Shown piece after piece: positions 26,431-39,623 of a DNA stretch of 64,000 nt (positions are counted from its first letter, which is position 1; each line of letters opens with the position of its first letter). The stretch lies in NCBI RefSeq assembly GCF_009914755.1, contig NC_060944.1; one strand, given 5' to 3'. This DNA is from the human T2T-CHM13v2.0 reference genome, Homo sapiens. Below the pieces are notes generated by a model that worked only from the letters and a program-made list of their open reading frames with translations, had not been told where the DNA came from and searched no databases. The position numbers and the translations under genes were made by a program.

Positions 26431-27232
26431 AAAGACATAATAACACAGCCAACAAGCGCATGAAAAATGCTCAACATCACTACTCATTAGAGAAATGCAA
26501 ATTCAAACCACAAGTAGATGCCATCTCACACCAGATAGAATGGCTATTATTAAAAAGTCAAAAAATAATAGTTGCTGACAAGGTTGAGGAGAAAAGAGAA
26601 TGCTTATACATTGCTGCTGGGAATGTAAATTAGTTCAGCCACTGTGGAAAGCCATTTGGAGGTTTGTCAAGAACTTAAAATAGAACTTATCATTCGACCT
26701 AGCAATCCTATTACTGGGTATATACCCAATATATAGAATAGTTCACAAGTGGTCCAAAAGAATATAAATCGTTCTACCATAAAGACATTGCAGGCAGCAC
26801 TATTCACAAAAGCAAAGACATGGAATCAACTTAAATGTCCATCAACAGTAGACTGGATTTTTTAAAATGTGGTACATATACACGATGGAATTCTACACAG
26901 CCATAAAAAAGAATGAGGTCATGTCCTTTGTAGCAACATAGATGGAGCTGGAACAAATTAATAAACAGAAAGTCAAATACTGCATATTCTCACTTACAAG
27001 TGGGAGTTAAACACTGAGTACACATGGACACAAAGCTGGGAACAACAGACACTGGGACCTACTTGAGGGTAGGGGTGGGAGGAAGGTGAGGATTGAAAAA
27101 CTACCTATCAGGTACTATGCTTATTATCTTGGTGACTAAATGGTCTGTACACCAAACTCCCACAACATTCAGTTTACCCATGTAACAAGCCTGCACATCT
27201 ATCCCTGAAACCTAAAAGTTCAAAAGAAAAAA
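26431..27232 (+). mobile_element. 5'-truncated L1 (L1PA13-16/L1PB-like) 3' end
   Basis: tgctcaacatcact...gaaatgcaaat...ttctcacttacaagtgggag...tgaaaaactacctatcaggtactatgct...gtaacaagcctgcacat. Candidate TSD aaaaat(g/a)aacttt. Confidence 0.9.
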
Positions 27233-27334
27233 TAAACTTTCTAACCAAATCCAAAACCATGTCTCAGTCACCATCTCTTGGCAGCAGAAAAATAGATATA
27301 TTGACCATCACACACACATTAGAGTGGCTGAAAA

Positions 27335-28345
27335 AATAAATTGGAATACATCAAAAATTAAAACTTTTGTCCATCAAAGGACACAATCAATAGAGTGAAA
27401 AGGCAACTCACAGAATGGGAGAAAATATTTGCAAATCGTGTATCTGATAAGGGGTTAATATCCAGAATATATAAAGAGCCCTTACAAGCCAACAACCAAA
27501 AAACAAACAGCTTGATTTCAAAATGGGCGAAGGACTTGAATAGACTTTTCTGCAAAAAAATGATATATAAATAGCCAATAAACATATACAAAGATGCTCA
27601 AAATCAGTAATCATTAGGAAAATGCAAATTAAAACCACAGTAAGATACCACTTCACACCTATTAGGATGACTACTATCAAAATATCAGAAAATAGCTGGT
27701 GTTGGCAAGGATGTGGAGAAATTGGAACCCATTTACACTATAGTTAGGAATGCAAAATGGTGCAGCTGCTGTGGAAAATAGTATGGCAGTTTCTCAAATG
27801 ATTTAAAACAGAATTACATGTGAACCATCAATTCCACTTCTGGGTTTATACCCATAAGAATTGAAATCGGGGACTCAAAGAATATTGCATCATTCACAAC
27901 AGCTAAAAGGTGGAAACAGACTGTCCGTAGACAGATAAATGGATAAGCACATTTGGTATAGACATATAATAGAATATTATTCAGCCTTATAAAGGAGGGA
28001 AATTCTAACACATGCTGCAACAGGGATGAACCTTGAATATATTATGCTAAGTGAAATAAGCCTGTCCCAAAAGAGGAAATATCATATGATTTTACTTGTA
28101 TGAAGTACCTAGCACAGTCAAATTCATAGAAAGGAGAATGATGGTTACCAGAGACTAAGGAGAAGGGAAAATGGGGAGTTATTGTTTAATAAGGACAGAG
28201 TTTCAATCTGGGAAAATGAGAAAAGCTCTGAAGATGGATGGCGATGATGGTTTCATGGCATGAATGCACCACTGAACTGTAGATTTTAAAATTATTAAAA
28301 TGGTAAATTATGTTATGCCTATTTTACCACAATAAAAATAGTTTA
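27335..28345 (+). mobile_element. 5'-truncated L1MB-like element (ORF2 end and 3' UTR)
   Basis: catcaaaaattaaaacttttg...agagtgaaaaggcaac...tatgctaagtgaaataagcc...attttaccacaataaaaa. Confidence 0.9.
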
Positions 28346-29049
28346 AAACATTTAATCCAAACTAATAGATATGTGGGAATATATACAATATTTGTATATG
28401 TTGATACATCCAATATATACTGTGTATATATGAACAGTGACTAAAATAGAGGGAGAGATAGATACAGAGAGACTTTTTTAATGATGCAGCCCCTCTCGGA
28501 GTTATTGGCCCTTCCAGTTCCCCAACTAGGTTTGCTTTCCTCTATCTTACTTAAGAAAACGAATACATAAGCTGACTTAGAAATGGAAATGGTTCACAAA
28601 CCCCAGGAAGCAGTCCAGCTCAGGAACCCAAGAAAGAGTGGGTCAGGGAACCCTTGTGGGAGGTCAGACCTGTCCAGCGTAATGGGCCTGCCCTTCCCTG
28701 GCCAGCCCCCAGCACTTCTGGGAGGCACAAATCCACAGGGGATGTAAGATGCCATATCAGTGTTCTTCTGCTTCCTCCTCTTAACCCACTACTTGTATTT
28801 TTATGTTTCCTGTGTCCTGATGCTTTGCACGTACTTGTTTTGTACAATGATTTTATCATGTATGTACTTATTGAGGGCCTTAGTACATCGGCAGTGAGGG
28901 CAAGGAAGTGATAAAGGCCTGGTGTCTTCATGTTGAGTTAGACTTAAGGACTTGTTCATGTCCCTTTCCTCATCCTTCCACTCCTGTGGCCCTCCTGTCC
29001 CACTTGTGCCTCCCATTTCCTTTCCATCCTTTCCCAAGCTTCCTGGGAG

Positions 29050-29550
29050 GTTATTCTCTGCTCCAACCCCTCTCCCATTCTCCATTCTTCTCTGCCCTGC
29101 TCTGGACAGGGAGATCAGCCTCTAACGACCTTAGCCCCAGGGCTCCCACACCTCTAGCTTTCACCTCAACTGATGGGAAGCTGTGACAGGAGAGGGGAGG
29201 GCAGGAGGAGTGAGAGGCCCAGACACTTCTTTTTTGCTCCCTCCTGGCTCTCCAGGGTCTGGCGGCAGCTGCTTCCCTCCACTCCTGTGATCATCTACAT
29301 GCTCTTAACCCCCTTCCCCACACTTACCAGGCTGCAGCAACTCCGTGTCCTCTTGCACCTTCAGGCCAAAGGTTCCCGTTGTTATTAGGCTCTGGGGGTC
29401 TCCACCATCTTTGCTGGTTCCCCTAACCCTGACTGCACTGCTGCAAATAAGTCCTTCATTAAATTCTCTTCAGTTAGAAAAGAGTTCTCTTTGGTCAAAC
29501 CCTTTTGAGTTGGCTTCTGCTTTCTGCCCAGACCCTGACAGGTACATTAG
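29050..29550 (+). mobile_element. ERVL-class LTR remnant (family uncertain)
   Basis: 3' end ...aataagtccttcattaaattctcttca...tctgctttctgcccagaccctgac. Confidence 0.4.
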
Positions 29551-29569
29551 ACCTCCCCACTATTCTGGA

Positions 29570-29943
29570 TGTATTTATCTGTTCTCACACTGCTGTAAAG
29601 ACCTACCTGTCACTGGGAAATTTATTAAGAAAGGGGGTTTAATTGGCTCACAGTTCTGTGAGTTGTACAAGCTTCTGCTTCTGGGGAGACCTCAGGAAAC
29701 TTACAATCATGGCAGAAGGTGAAGGGGAAGCAGGCACATCTTCACATGGCCAGGAGGAGAGAGAGCAGGGGGAAGTGCTACACACTTTTTAACAAGCAGA
29801 TCTTGGGAGAACTCTATCAGAAGAATAGCATCGGAGATGTCTGCCCCTATGATTAAATCACCTCCCACCAGGCCCCTCCTCCAACACTCAGGATCACACT
29901 TCAACATGAGATCTGGGTGGGGACACAGAGCCAAACCATATCA
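29570..29943 (-). mobile_element. MSTA-type MaLR solo LTR
   Basis: tgtatttatctgttctcacactgct...ggtttaattggctcacagttc...ctcaggaaacttacaatcatggcagaagg...gggtggggacacagagccaaaccatatca. Confidence 0.9.
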
Positions 29944-30009
29944 CTGACCCCTTCTCAAGGAGTTTTATGGAAGCAGACCAGGAAATGTACAAGAATACCC
30001 CCCTGTGTG

Positions 30010-30500
30010 TTCCCATGCAGCACCTGGTACTGGTTAGAAATGGAGATCCCTGGGCCCCAACCCAGATTGCTAAATAGATCTTCTGGAGTGATGCTAGGGA
30101 CCCCCATTTTATCTGCATTTTCTGGTGACTCTGGGATACATAAAGTGATATAGTAACATAGGATACTTTGTTAATACATTGGATAGAAGGTCTAGCGTTA
30201 GGTCTCATAGCTACTTATTTTTGAAGTAATGATGAACACAAATGATAGTTTGAGGTCTGTGAAACATGAGTAATATGATATGAAAGATCTGTGACTTCTG
30301 CTGGGGACATATTCCCAGGTTTTGCCAGTATTACTGTGGCATATTGCCTGTATTCATAGTGGAAGGAAGTGCTGAATTCCAATTAGAGGTTAGTGAGAAC
30401 AAGGATGTAATTTGTTTGCATCCTTAGCAAACTCACGAATTCTTTTTGAGTGCTCTTTGGAGGATAGAGGGGCTTATGGACCCCAGGATAAGAGCCTCAG
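30010..30500. mobile_element. hAT-Charlie remnants (MER5-like ~30010-30140; MER103-like ~30150-30500)
   Basis: ggttagaaatggagatccctgggcccc...; gaaggaagtgctgaatt...ttagaggttagtgagaacaaggatgtaattt...ggaccccaggataagagcc. Confidence 0.5.
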
Positions 30501-30629
30501 TCTTAAGAGAGGTCTCCATAGAAGGGGATTTGAGGCCTGGTAGAGGTTAGAGCTGTAGACGTTCCTCAAGTAGAAAGCAGGCTTGTCCTCTTCCTGGAAT
30601 GCTGTGTGGTGTGGTGTGGTGTGGTGGTC

Positions 30630-30830
30630 AGGATTTGAACCCAGTGGGTCACCTGGGTTCAAATCCTGCCTCTATCACTTACAAGTCATGTGGCCTGAGC
30701 TGCTGGACTTCTCTGTGCCCCAGGTTCCCACCTGTGAGGCTGGATGAGGTCCATTGTCCCCTACTGCAGGTGGGGAGGTAAATGGAGAAGGTGTGTACTG
30801 GAATCTCAGTATAGCCCTGTAGGGAGCACA
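30630..30830 (+). mobile_element. MIR SINE
   Basis: cctgggttcaaatcctgcctctatcacttac...ttctctgtgccccaggttcccacctgt. Confidence 0.75.
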
Positions 30831-31469
30831 TCAGCATCAGCCCAGCTGCACAAACCTTGTTCCCAGAGCCTTCATTCAGAGGGTTTCAAGGGGAATCAGC
30901 AATGATCACCTGAGAAACTGACAACCAAAAGAAATAAATGACTTCCTCAGTAACACAGGAGTCAATATCTCAGCAAGTGGATATTGTGAAAAAGGCATCT
31001 TCAAGGAGGAAGAGGGAGAGAGAGGAGAAAAAGAAGGAGAACAAAGGGGGGAAAGTAGAATAATCTTTTCCTGCTGAAAAATTTCTCCAGAGATGGCAAA
31101 TCTCTCATTCCCAAGGCTCCAAAACAGGGACCCCAGTATGGTGACCTTCAAGAACACTAAATGGTCAAGGACACATCTGGGCACCTTTAAACTCCTTTAA
31201 AGTAAAATCATTCAAGGATTTATGTTAATGGTGCAGGTACATTCACATATGCTCGTTTCCCTTGGAATCTGAGCCCCTGCAAGAAAACTATTTCAGCTGG
31301 TAATGGCTCCCAAAGACTTTCCCAATGCCAAATGACTAAATAACCATAGGGTGGGACTCAGGAGAGGCTCCCATGTACCTTAGGAAGGCAGTTGTTTCTG
31401 AGAGTGGCCCATTTTGATTTAAAATTGTATTTCATTCCCTTCACAATCTTCCTTAACTCACTCCCCTCT

Positions 31470-32220
31470 TGTTTTAATGTGGGCTCTCTCAGAAGCAGAC
31501 CTTGAGACAAGGATTTAAATGTAAGTGATATTGGAGAAGAGGAAGAAAACATCAGTAGGGGAATAGAAAGTGAGACAGGAAAGTCAAAGCTACTAATAAA
31601 AGGTACATGACCTGAGCCAGGTGCAGTGGCTCACACCTGTAATCCCAGCAACTCAGAAGGCTGAGAGGGGAGGATCGCTTGAGTCCAGGAATTCAACACC
31701 AGCCTTGGCAACATAGGGAGGAGCCCCCTCCCCCTCTAAAAATGTTACGTAAAAAAACTAGCAAGGCACAGTGGGCATGCCTGTAGCCCTAGCTACTCAG
31801 GTGGCTGAAGTGGGAGGATCCCTTGAGCTGAGAAGTTTGAGGCTACAGTGAGTTATGATCATGCCACTGAACTCCAGTCTGGGCAACAGAGCATGACCCC
31901 ATCTCTAAAAGAAGAAAAAAAGAAAAAAACAGGTCCATAACCAAGCCAGCAATGCAACATAATATTCTGGGCACCTGAAGCTTAATTCAGCTGGGAAACT
32001 CTGGAGACAGCCTAGAGTTAGCCCACTCAGGGGTACTGATATGCCAACTCTCAACATTTGAGGACTCCCATGGGTGTTAATTTTCAAGCATTTCTTGACT
32101 TCTTTGTGTGGTAAAATCAAAAGCCTTCAAAGAAATTGAGGCATTCGCTGGTATTTGAAAGTCAACGGAGCTCTCTAAATTAATAAGGCCTGAAGAATAT
32201 AGTGAAGGGAAGGGGCACCA
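31470..32220 (-). mobile_element. LTR33-like ERVL LTR, interrupted by AluJ
   Basis: cagaagcagaccttgagacaaggattt...gaaagtgagacagg...[Alu]...gggaaactctggagacag. Confidence 0.65.
31615..31929 (+). mobile_element. AluJ
   Basis: gaggatcgcttgagtccagga and gaggctacagtgagttatgat (J diagnostics). Diverged TSD aggtacatgacc / aggtccataacc. Confidence 0.92.
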
Positions 32221-33039
32221 GCAGCCTTCTGCTACATTCCTCTTCCCTGCAAACCCCCACCCCAAATCCTCTTGTTCAGAACCTGGACTGTGAGACTGAT
32301 CATTTCTCTCTAGTGACTAGAATCAATGAATGGTTCCAGAACAATGATATTCACACTGGTAGCAGCACCCTACAGCAGACCCATGGTCAGTTCCACCTTG
32401 TCCTCATGGGGCTATTAGATACAGAGCCTGTGATCAGGGAAAATAAATTTAAAAAAAAACTTTTATATTCCAAGCTTAATTATATGTGATCACTTGAAAC
32501 TATGAAAAAGAGGAGGAAAAGGAAGATTTTATTATTATTATTCCAGCCGTGTTCCCTGGGAGGTTTAAGATTTAGAACAATTTCCACCAAGGCCACAGTT
32601 CTGTAGCACTTCCCTAAGAATTGCTTCTCCACAACACCTTCACTGAAATTAAAGACAGAGAGACAGGAGTGCAGATGATGTAGTAAAAAGAAATTGTCTG
32701 TGAAAACCGCTGACTGTCGATGCAACATAAAACAGCAGGGTTAACGTCCTGCCATTCAAATACATTTGCCCTCAGTATTCAGAAGCCCTTATGTGGATCA
32801 ACATTCCAGCTAGAGCCTGCTCACCTCTAATATGTCATGGGCCATGATGATTTCCTGTTATCTTAGGTGTTTTTCCATTTAACCACTGTAGACAAAGTTC
32901 TTTAGTTTTATTAGTCTCAATCAACCTTTGAAATTACCTGATGAGATAGTAATTATTTCTCAGAATCCTGGGTCAATAGCCACTTCCTCAATCTTCTCCT
33001 TGCACTACCTCTACCCAGCACAGTATCTTCTGTGGCTCA

Positions 33040-33480
33040 CATCAGTTAGGGAAGCACATGGCTTCAAGTACAGAGCCCCCAGCTAATGGTGAGTGAAGCA
33101 AGTAAGGAAGTCCTTTCCTCACATAGTTAGAAATACAGAAGGAGCTGATTTCAGGAATTAGTCCAGATGGTGCATGGTGTCCTCAGGGCCCTGCTGCCCT
33201 CAGCATGTTGGTGTGTATCCTCAGGCTTATTATCTCATAGTCATAAATGGCTGCTGCCATTCCAGACATCACATCCAAGTTGCACGCCGGAAGATAGGGT
33301 GACTTTAGCTGGATTTGTGCTTTCTTCTCATTGGCCAAAACTGTGTCACATGGCCATGACTAGATCCAAGAAGGCCAGAAGAGTTGAGCATATTATTACT
33401 TAGAACAAGATTGAAGTTGTGTTTGCAAAATAAAAGGTTTAATGACTAATGAATAGGCCACCAACAGCATCTGCCACATT
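33040..33480 (-). mobile_element. Old MLT1 MaLR LTR
   Basis: atggctgctgccattccagacatcacatcc...tctcattggccaaaactgtgtcacatggcc...ccaacagcatctgccaca. Confidence 0.65.
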
Positions 33481-34527
33481 ACAGAACTCTGTCCTAAGAT
33501 CTCCACACTGAGTTAAGGTGAACCTCTTACGTTGGGTACTTCCAACTGGACCTCAGGCCATTCTTCTTTGTTGAAGGACAGTAACTTATTAAGTCTTAGA
33601 CCCTTCCCACCAAGCAGCACATCTGGCTTTGAGTTGGTGCTGCACACATTATTGTTGAATTAATAAATAAATAACTCTTCAAATCCTAAGGCAGGCGTGT
33701 CTCAGAATAGAATCATCATTTTCCTTGGTGGCCTCTGAATAGTGCATGCTTTAAACATATAAATGTGATTTCAGCTGAGTGGAGCTATCCCTGGAAGTTT
33801 ACTTTGTCATTTAGTTTGTTAGGAATGTTTCAAGTCTGCTTCTTGGAAGTTACTCGTTATTGTTTTTTCACTGTGGCTCTTTTTATTATCTGGGCTGTAT
33901 CTGTTACCTGTACATCAAAGGACACTATCAACATACTGACTGCCACAATAATGCTGCATAACAAATGGCCTCACAACTTCAGTGACATACAATAAACAAT
34001 TCATTGGTTCATGGGTTTTTCTGGTTCAGCTGAACTGTTGAACTTGAACTGGGCTGGGCCTGTCTCAGTTGGGCTCACCCACATCTAGGGGTTAGCTGCT
34101 TGCCAGCTAATCTCTGACAGCCTTAGCCAGGACAACTGAGGTGACCTGTCTGTACCCTGCATGTCTCTTTTCCTCCAGCAGGCTAGCTTGGGCATGTTCT
34201 CATGGCATCATTATTGTTGCCACAACAATGGCAGTGCATGAGGGGCTGCGCTATGTCTAAGCTCCTTTGCTCATTGCTTTTCATTTACTTCTCACAACAG
34301 CCTTGTAAGCACTAGGGAGCATGCTGTGACGAGGCCCATGTTGAAGGGTAAGCAAAGTAAGAAGAGTCACACAAAGTCACACAGCTTGGAAGTGTCAAGT
34401 CTAGGACCTGATGGGAGATCCCATACCATGCCCTGGGCTTCCTCCAAGGCTCCAGGCTTTGTTGCTTTTAGCAGCTGCTTGTGCCCTGTCCCTGCTACTT
34501 GGGCATTTCCCTTGCTAGATTACACCA

Positions 34528-34826
34528 GGCCAGCTGCGGTGGCTCACAGCTGCAATCCCAGCACTTTGGGAGGCCCAAGTGGGTAGATCACTTGAGCTCA
34601 GGAGTTTGAGACCAGCCTGGGCAACATGGTGAAACTCTGACTCTAAAAAAAATACAAAAAAAAATGAAGGGCGTGGTGGCACACATCTGTAGTCCCAGCT
34701 ACTCAGGCAGCTAAGGTAGGAGGATTTCTTGAGTCTGGTGGAACAAAGCTGCAGTGAACTATGAGTGCACTGCATCACTATACTCCAGCCTGGGTGACAG
34801 AGTGAGACACTCTCAAAAAAAAAAAA
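34528..34826 (+). mobile_element. AluJ
   Basis: Dimeric Alu, cacttgagctcaggagtttgag, A-tail 34815-34826. Confidence 0.92.
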
Positions 34827-35519
34827 GGCAACACCAGCTACTCCACGAACACCACCCTCCTTGGGATCCATCACTTCATATATAGAGAGCCCATGCTTGG
34901 GAGGGGTGGATATTAATATGTGAGGACACAGCTGCTGCCCTCAATAGAAGGGAGGCCAGATACATGAACATAAAGCAAAAGGGAGGCCAGAGACATGAAC
35001 ATAAAACACGGCTCATGGTCCAGGCTACACATGATCAAGGCCAAAGCAGATTCCCACTCAGAGGGTTCTAAAAAGTTCCCTGGGAAGAGAAGCCTTGTGA
35101 TCATGAGACTAAAGCTGAAATTCCAAAAGACCACCCATCTTCTCTAAATGCCTATCATTCATCGTTTCCAGAAGGCACTCCACATTCACTTGTACCGGCT
35201 GCTGTAGCCAAGCCATGGGCTTGGATTCCAGGGTGAGTTACAGCATATCTGGGCTGCCTCAGGGTGTTGGGCCAGCCCAAGCATTTTCAGGAGTTCAAAC
35301 CTGTCTCATATTTTGTAGTGCATCTGGTAAAAATAATAATATTGATAAAGAACTTCAACGGCTCTGACAGGCAGCCCCAAAAAGTGGATGGCTGGAATTC
35401 TAAAAATATCCCTCACTGTCTGCAGTTGGAGAAGACAGCTCACTAGTAGATGAGCTGAACATCAGAAAAAGTGGAGATGGGGTGGTGAACCAGAAATGAT
35501 CTTTATACAGGGAGATAGC

Positions 35520-35730
35520 TGGGCTCTGTGGGAAGGCTTGGAGGGAGTCCTGGGGTCAAATTTAAGCCCTGCCATTTGCTAGCCATGTGTACTTGGGTAA
35601 GTTCCCACACCCTCTGCATTGTCTGGGAAATGGGACCAGTAACTCCCTGCCTCATATAATATTTAGAAGAACTGAGGAAGTCCAGGTAATATACCTGGAG
35701 CATGCCTGGAATTCCTGTCTCAACAAACAG
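35520..35730 (+). mobile_element. MIR SINE
   Basis: ggtcaaatttaagccctgccatttgctagccatgtgtacttgggtaagtt. Confidence 0.7.
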
Positions 35731-36603
35731 TGGCAAATGTGATTATTATTATTATTGTCAATGATATTAATATATCCTTTGAAAACATAAGAATGGTCAA
35801 AGTAACCTAAAGATGCCTTACTCTATTAAAACTATTTGTGCTAGTTGTATTAATAGTACCATCAATGTCACACTCCCAGTAGGTTTTCTGCATCCTAAAA
35901 TTTGACTTTGAACCTTTGTTTTCTTCCTTTGTTCTCTTTGCTTGTGCTGCAGGAACCTGTTTTCCAGTGAGTAACATGAGAGAGACTTAGAGCAGAGTGT
36001 TTTGTAGCCAGAGTGGCAGGCCCACCGTCAGGTGCCAGGAAGGGCTCTGCAGCTGGAGAAGGGCTCATCACCTCGCAGGCCTCTCTGGGTGCCCAGAGGT
36101 GCTATGTCAAAGGGTATCTGGTTAACAGTGAGCATCCCCGCCTCATGCTGCCCAGCTCACGAGAACTAACACAGCTTTTGATAGTCATTACCCTCAAAAG
36201 TCCTGAGTGCTTGGCAGATCTCATTTCTCATCCCCCTCGAAGCGTGGATACAACAGTGTGTTAGATGGAGCTTCTTGCCACAAAACCAGATCAATATGTA
36301 ATACTGGAACATATTCTTGGTGAGATGGTTTATGGACTTCTAGGCAGTGTTGGCTGTTTCAGTGAGTTGAATATGTCAGCTATGGAACAGCTTATTTAGA
36401 TCTTGATTAATCTACAAATGTGCAATTCTGTATCCCAATTACCTAATGTGAGTGTCCTTTCAAAGCTAATCCTAAAACCTGCATATCATTGGATCAGCCA
36501 AGTCATACAGCAAAAGAGGGTTTGAGTCCATTGCAATTTGGGAATGTATTTTCTGATTTATTCCCAGGCTACAAAGTACAGCAAGAATTATTCTTAATTG
36601 ACA

Positions 36604-36900
36604 TTTTCTTTTTTTTTTTTTGAGACAGAGTCTCACTCTGTCGCCGAGGCTGGAGTGCAGTGGCGCGATCTCGGCTCATGGCAAGCTCCCCCTCCCAGGT
36701 TCATGCCATTCTCCTGCCTCAGCCTCCTGAGTAGCCGGGAGTACAGGAGCCCACCACCACGCGCAGCTAATTTTTTTGTATTTTTAGTAGAGATGGGGTT
36801 TCACCATGTTAGCCAGGATGGTCTCAATCTCATGACCTTGTGATCTGCCCGCCTCGGCCTCCCAAAGTGCTGGGATTACAGGCATGAGCCACCGTGCCCG
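36604..36900 (-). mobile_element. AluY, full length
   Basis: gcaagctcc...ggttcatgccattctcc and ttagccaggatggtctc. TSD ttaattgacatttt (36594-36607) / ttaatcgacatttt (36901-36914), differing by one CpG transition. Confidence 0.95.
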
Positions 36901-37811
36901 TTAATCGACATTTTTAATAAAAAGCCCATTGGCAAATAATTTTGTACAGATTATGAATAGATCTATCAATGAGTTATTTTTGAGATTTTTTTCCATGCCA
37001 AGCATCCCAGGCTCCTCAGAAATTAGTGAAGTATAAGACAGAATTCTTACCTCTAAAATCTCCCATCACCTACAAAAGTTACACAAGAAATACTATTTCA
37101 GAGTGAAAATATTACAAAATATAGTTATGGATTATAAAATACAGATAGAGTCACACCAACTGAGAGAGAAATGTAGCCACTATTTTGATTAATGGCCTTA
37201 CAAACTCTTATATGCAAATATATAATATGTGTATATACACATATACATAGATTATTTAATAAAAAAAGACATTGTAATGCTGTTTTTCATTTAGCAATGT
37301 ATTATGAATGCCTTTCCTTATCACTTCATATTGGATTTACACAATCCCTTTTAAGGGCGTCTTATTGAATGATGAACCACAGTTTATATAACCCATTCCC
37401 CAAGGTATATTTTGCTAGGTTTGATAACTTATTGTAGTCAGCAATTTTGGAATGAAAATACTAGTGCATATGTCTTTATGCATTTGTCTGATATTTCCAC
37501 AGGATCTAGTGTTAAAGTATACTTTAGAATCTTACGATCTTATGGAAGAGACCAAACATATATGTGAAAAGCAAACAAGCTCATACAAAGCAGGGACCCT
37601 GGGGCTACGTTAGTGCAACTGCTAAGGGTCAAAGGCAACAGAGATCATTTCATGCTTGGGTTGCCACAGAGGCTTCATGAAGGACAGTTGCAAGTGACAG
37701 AAACTTAAAACTGCTTAAGTGTAAAAGGCCTATTATTGGCTCATGAAATTAGAAAGTGATTTTGATTTTAGACTGGAGCCGGGGCCAGGGGTCACATGGT
37801 GTCATTTGGGA

Positions 37812-37912
37812 CGTGTGTGTGTGTGTGTGCATACATGCTTGCGTGTGTGTGCCTGTGGGTGTACTTTTCGTGTATGCATGCGTGTGTGTGTGCATGTGTG
37901 TGTGTGCGTGTG
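37812..37912. repeat. Interrupted (TG)n microsatellite
   Basis: gtgtgtgtgtgtgtgtgcatacatg...gtgtgtgtgtgcgtgtg. Confidence 0.9.
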
Positions 37913-38289
37913 CCTGTCCCATCTCTTGGGTCGGCTTCTCACTGTGGGAGCAGCATTCTTCTCAGGCAAGTTTTCTCTATATGACAGCTGCCTCTAGCAG
38001 CTCCAGATGTGGGGTGTTTATATCCATAAAAAGAGGGTGTCTCTGCCTCAGCTTCTCCACTTATCTCTGCTTGGCCCCTTACAGACCTGTCCCTGACTCT
38101 CCACTGTGTGACAGGGCATGGATGTTCTATGGCTATACTGGGTCATGTGTGTGCGCCCTGTGTGAGGAGGAGGGGATGTACGACTCCCATCCTGAGGAGC
38201 ACTTCTCAAAAGGAAAAGATACTGGGAGGTCAATAAATGAATGCAATGTCACTGCTGAGGGTGCTAGAACTTGAACCACACCTATTAGA

Positions 38290-38790
38290 TGCTTTGAGAA
38301 GCAAGTAACAGAGACATTCTAAATCAAACTGGCCTCAACAATGCTCATGGTATGTTATGAAGTCAAGAGGCAGGGTGGACACCTGATCAAGGGCTCAGTG
38401 ATGTTATCCGGGGGCTTAGGTTTTTTCTGATTCAGGGTCAACTTCCTCTCAAGTCAGATTCCTTCAATATGACTGTCAGTGGCAATGAGGGCTCCCAGCT
38501 TCCTGGTCCACAGCAAGCAACAGAGGGTGAGAAATGGCTCCCTTTGGCAAAAAGTAAAAGCCTTTCCTGCTCTCTAATTGGGCCAACCTAGGTCATGTGC
38601 TCACCTCTGAAACAATGGCCACAGCTAAGGAATACTACATACTGATTGACCAATCAGCATCCACTCCTGGAGAAAAGGATAGGGTCACCTTCCACATGGG
38701 GCATGGTGGATATTTGGACAAAACTGGGGTCTCCTTAGGAAAGAGTGGGAGAAGGATGTTGAGTGGTCAGTCAACACTGAAATCCTAGTA
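38290..38790 (-). mobile_element. Old MLT1 MaLR LTR
   Basis: gcaagtaacagagac...tctaattgggccaacctaggtcatgtgctcacctctgaa. Confidence 0.55.
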
Positions 38791-38959
38791 AGATTTCATT
38801 AGTTGGAGAGGAAACATGCGGTTGGATACAGTGGAGAGGCAATTTCTGGCCAGAAGGTAGAATTCCAGGGAATACCCTGGTCATAGCTGACCAAGATGCA
38901 GAAGCAAGTTTGCAAAGCTTTCCTGCAGGGATCCAGTGAGTAAACAGGTTCAGTTGGAA

Positions 38960-39430
38960 GTGTTCATTTATTTATTCCCTCATTCCACATACCTTTATGG
39001 AGTACCTACTATATACCAGGCCCTGTGCTGACTGCTGCGGATATGGCAATCATTATATGAAATTAATTATATGACATCATATCCTCATGAACTTCTGGTG
39101 GAGGAGACAGACAATAGATGAATTAATTTAACATATAATGTATCAGGAAAAACCAAAGAGATAAATGACATAGAGAGAAATGGGAGCGGGGGAAAGAGGT
39201 TGCCATTTGAGCAGGGACCTGAAGGGTGTGATGGCGTGAGCCAGTGGGATATCTTGGGGCAGAGTGTTCAGGGCAGAGGGAAGAACAAGTGCAAAGGCCC
39301 TGAGACAGGAATCCATGACATGTTTCATGGAAAGGGAAGTGGGCAAAAGGAGAGTGACAGGTGATAACATCAGAGAGAAAGCTGGGACCAGGTCACAGGA
39401 GAGTGTTGTGGGCATTGGAAAGACTTGGTA
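38960..39430 (-). mobile_element. L2 LINE
   Basis: ttcatttatttattc...gagtacctactatataccaggccctgtgct...gcagagggaagaacaagtgcaaaggccctgag. Confidence 0.8.
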
Positions 39431-39548
39431 TTTAAGGTGTTGAATTCATGATGACAGAAGACATTATCAAAGCAGAAGGTGGCTGGACGTTCATCTTCCT
39501 GGCTCTGCCTCACTCTAACTTTAACCCCTTTTATCTCCTCTCTTCCAG

Positions 39549-39623
39549 GCCATATACATGTTCTATGCGCTGGCCATTGTGTGTGATGACTTCTTCGTCC
39601 CTTCCTTGGAAAAGATCTGTGAG
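39549..39623 (+). CDS. SLC24A3: Internal coding exon (75 nt, phase 0-0) of K+-dependent Na+/Ca2+ exchanger NCKX3: AIYMFYALAIVCDDFFVPSLEKICE
   Basis: Pyrimidine tract then ccag| acceptor (AG 39547-39548); donor GAG|gtacgt at 39624. The peptide is the conserved NCKX TM1 segment. AIYMF (NCKX4 has ALYMF, from memory) favours SLC24A3. Confidence 0.96.

Noticed and set aside
27358-28020. ORFs over the L1 region
   Set aside because: Antisense frames of a decayed, 5'-truncated L1; there is no intact ORF2.
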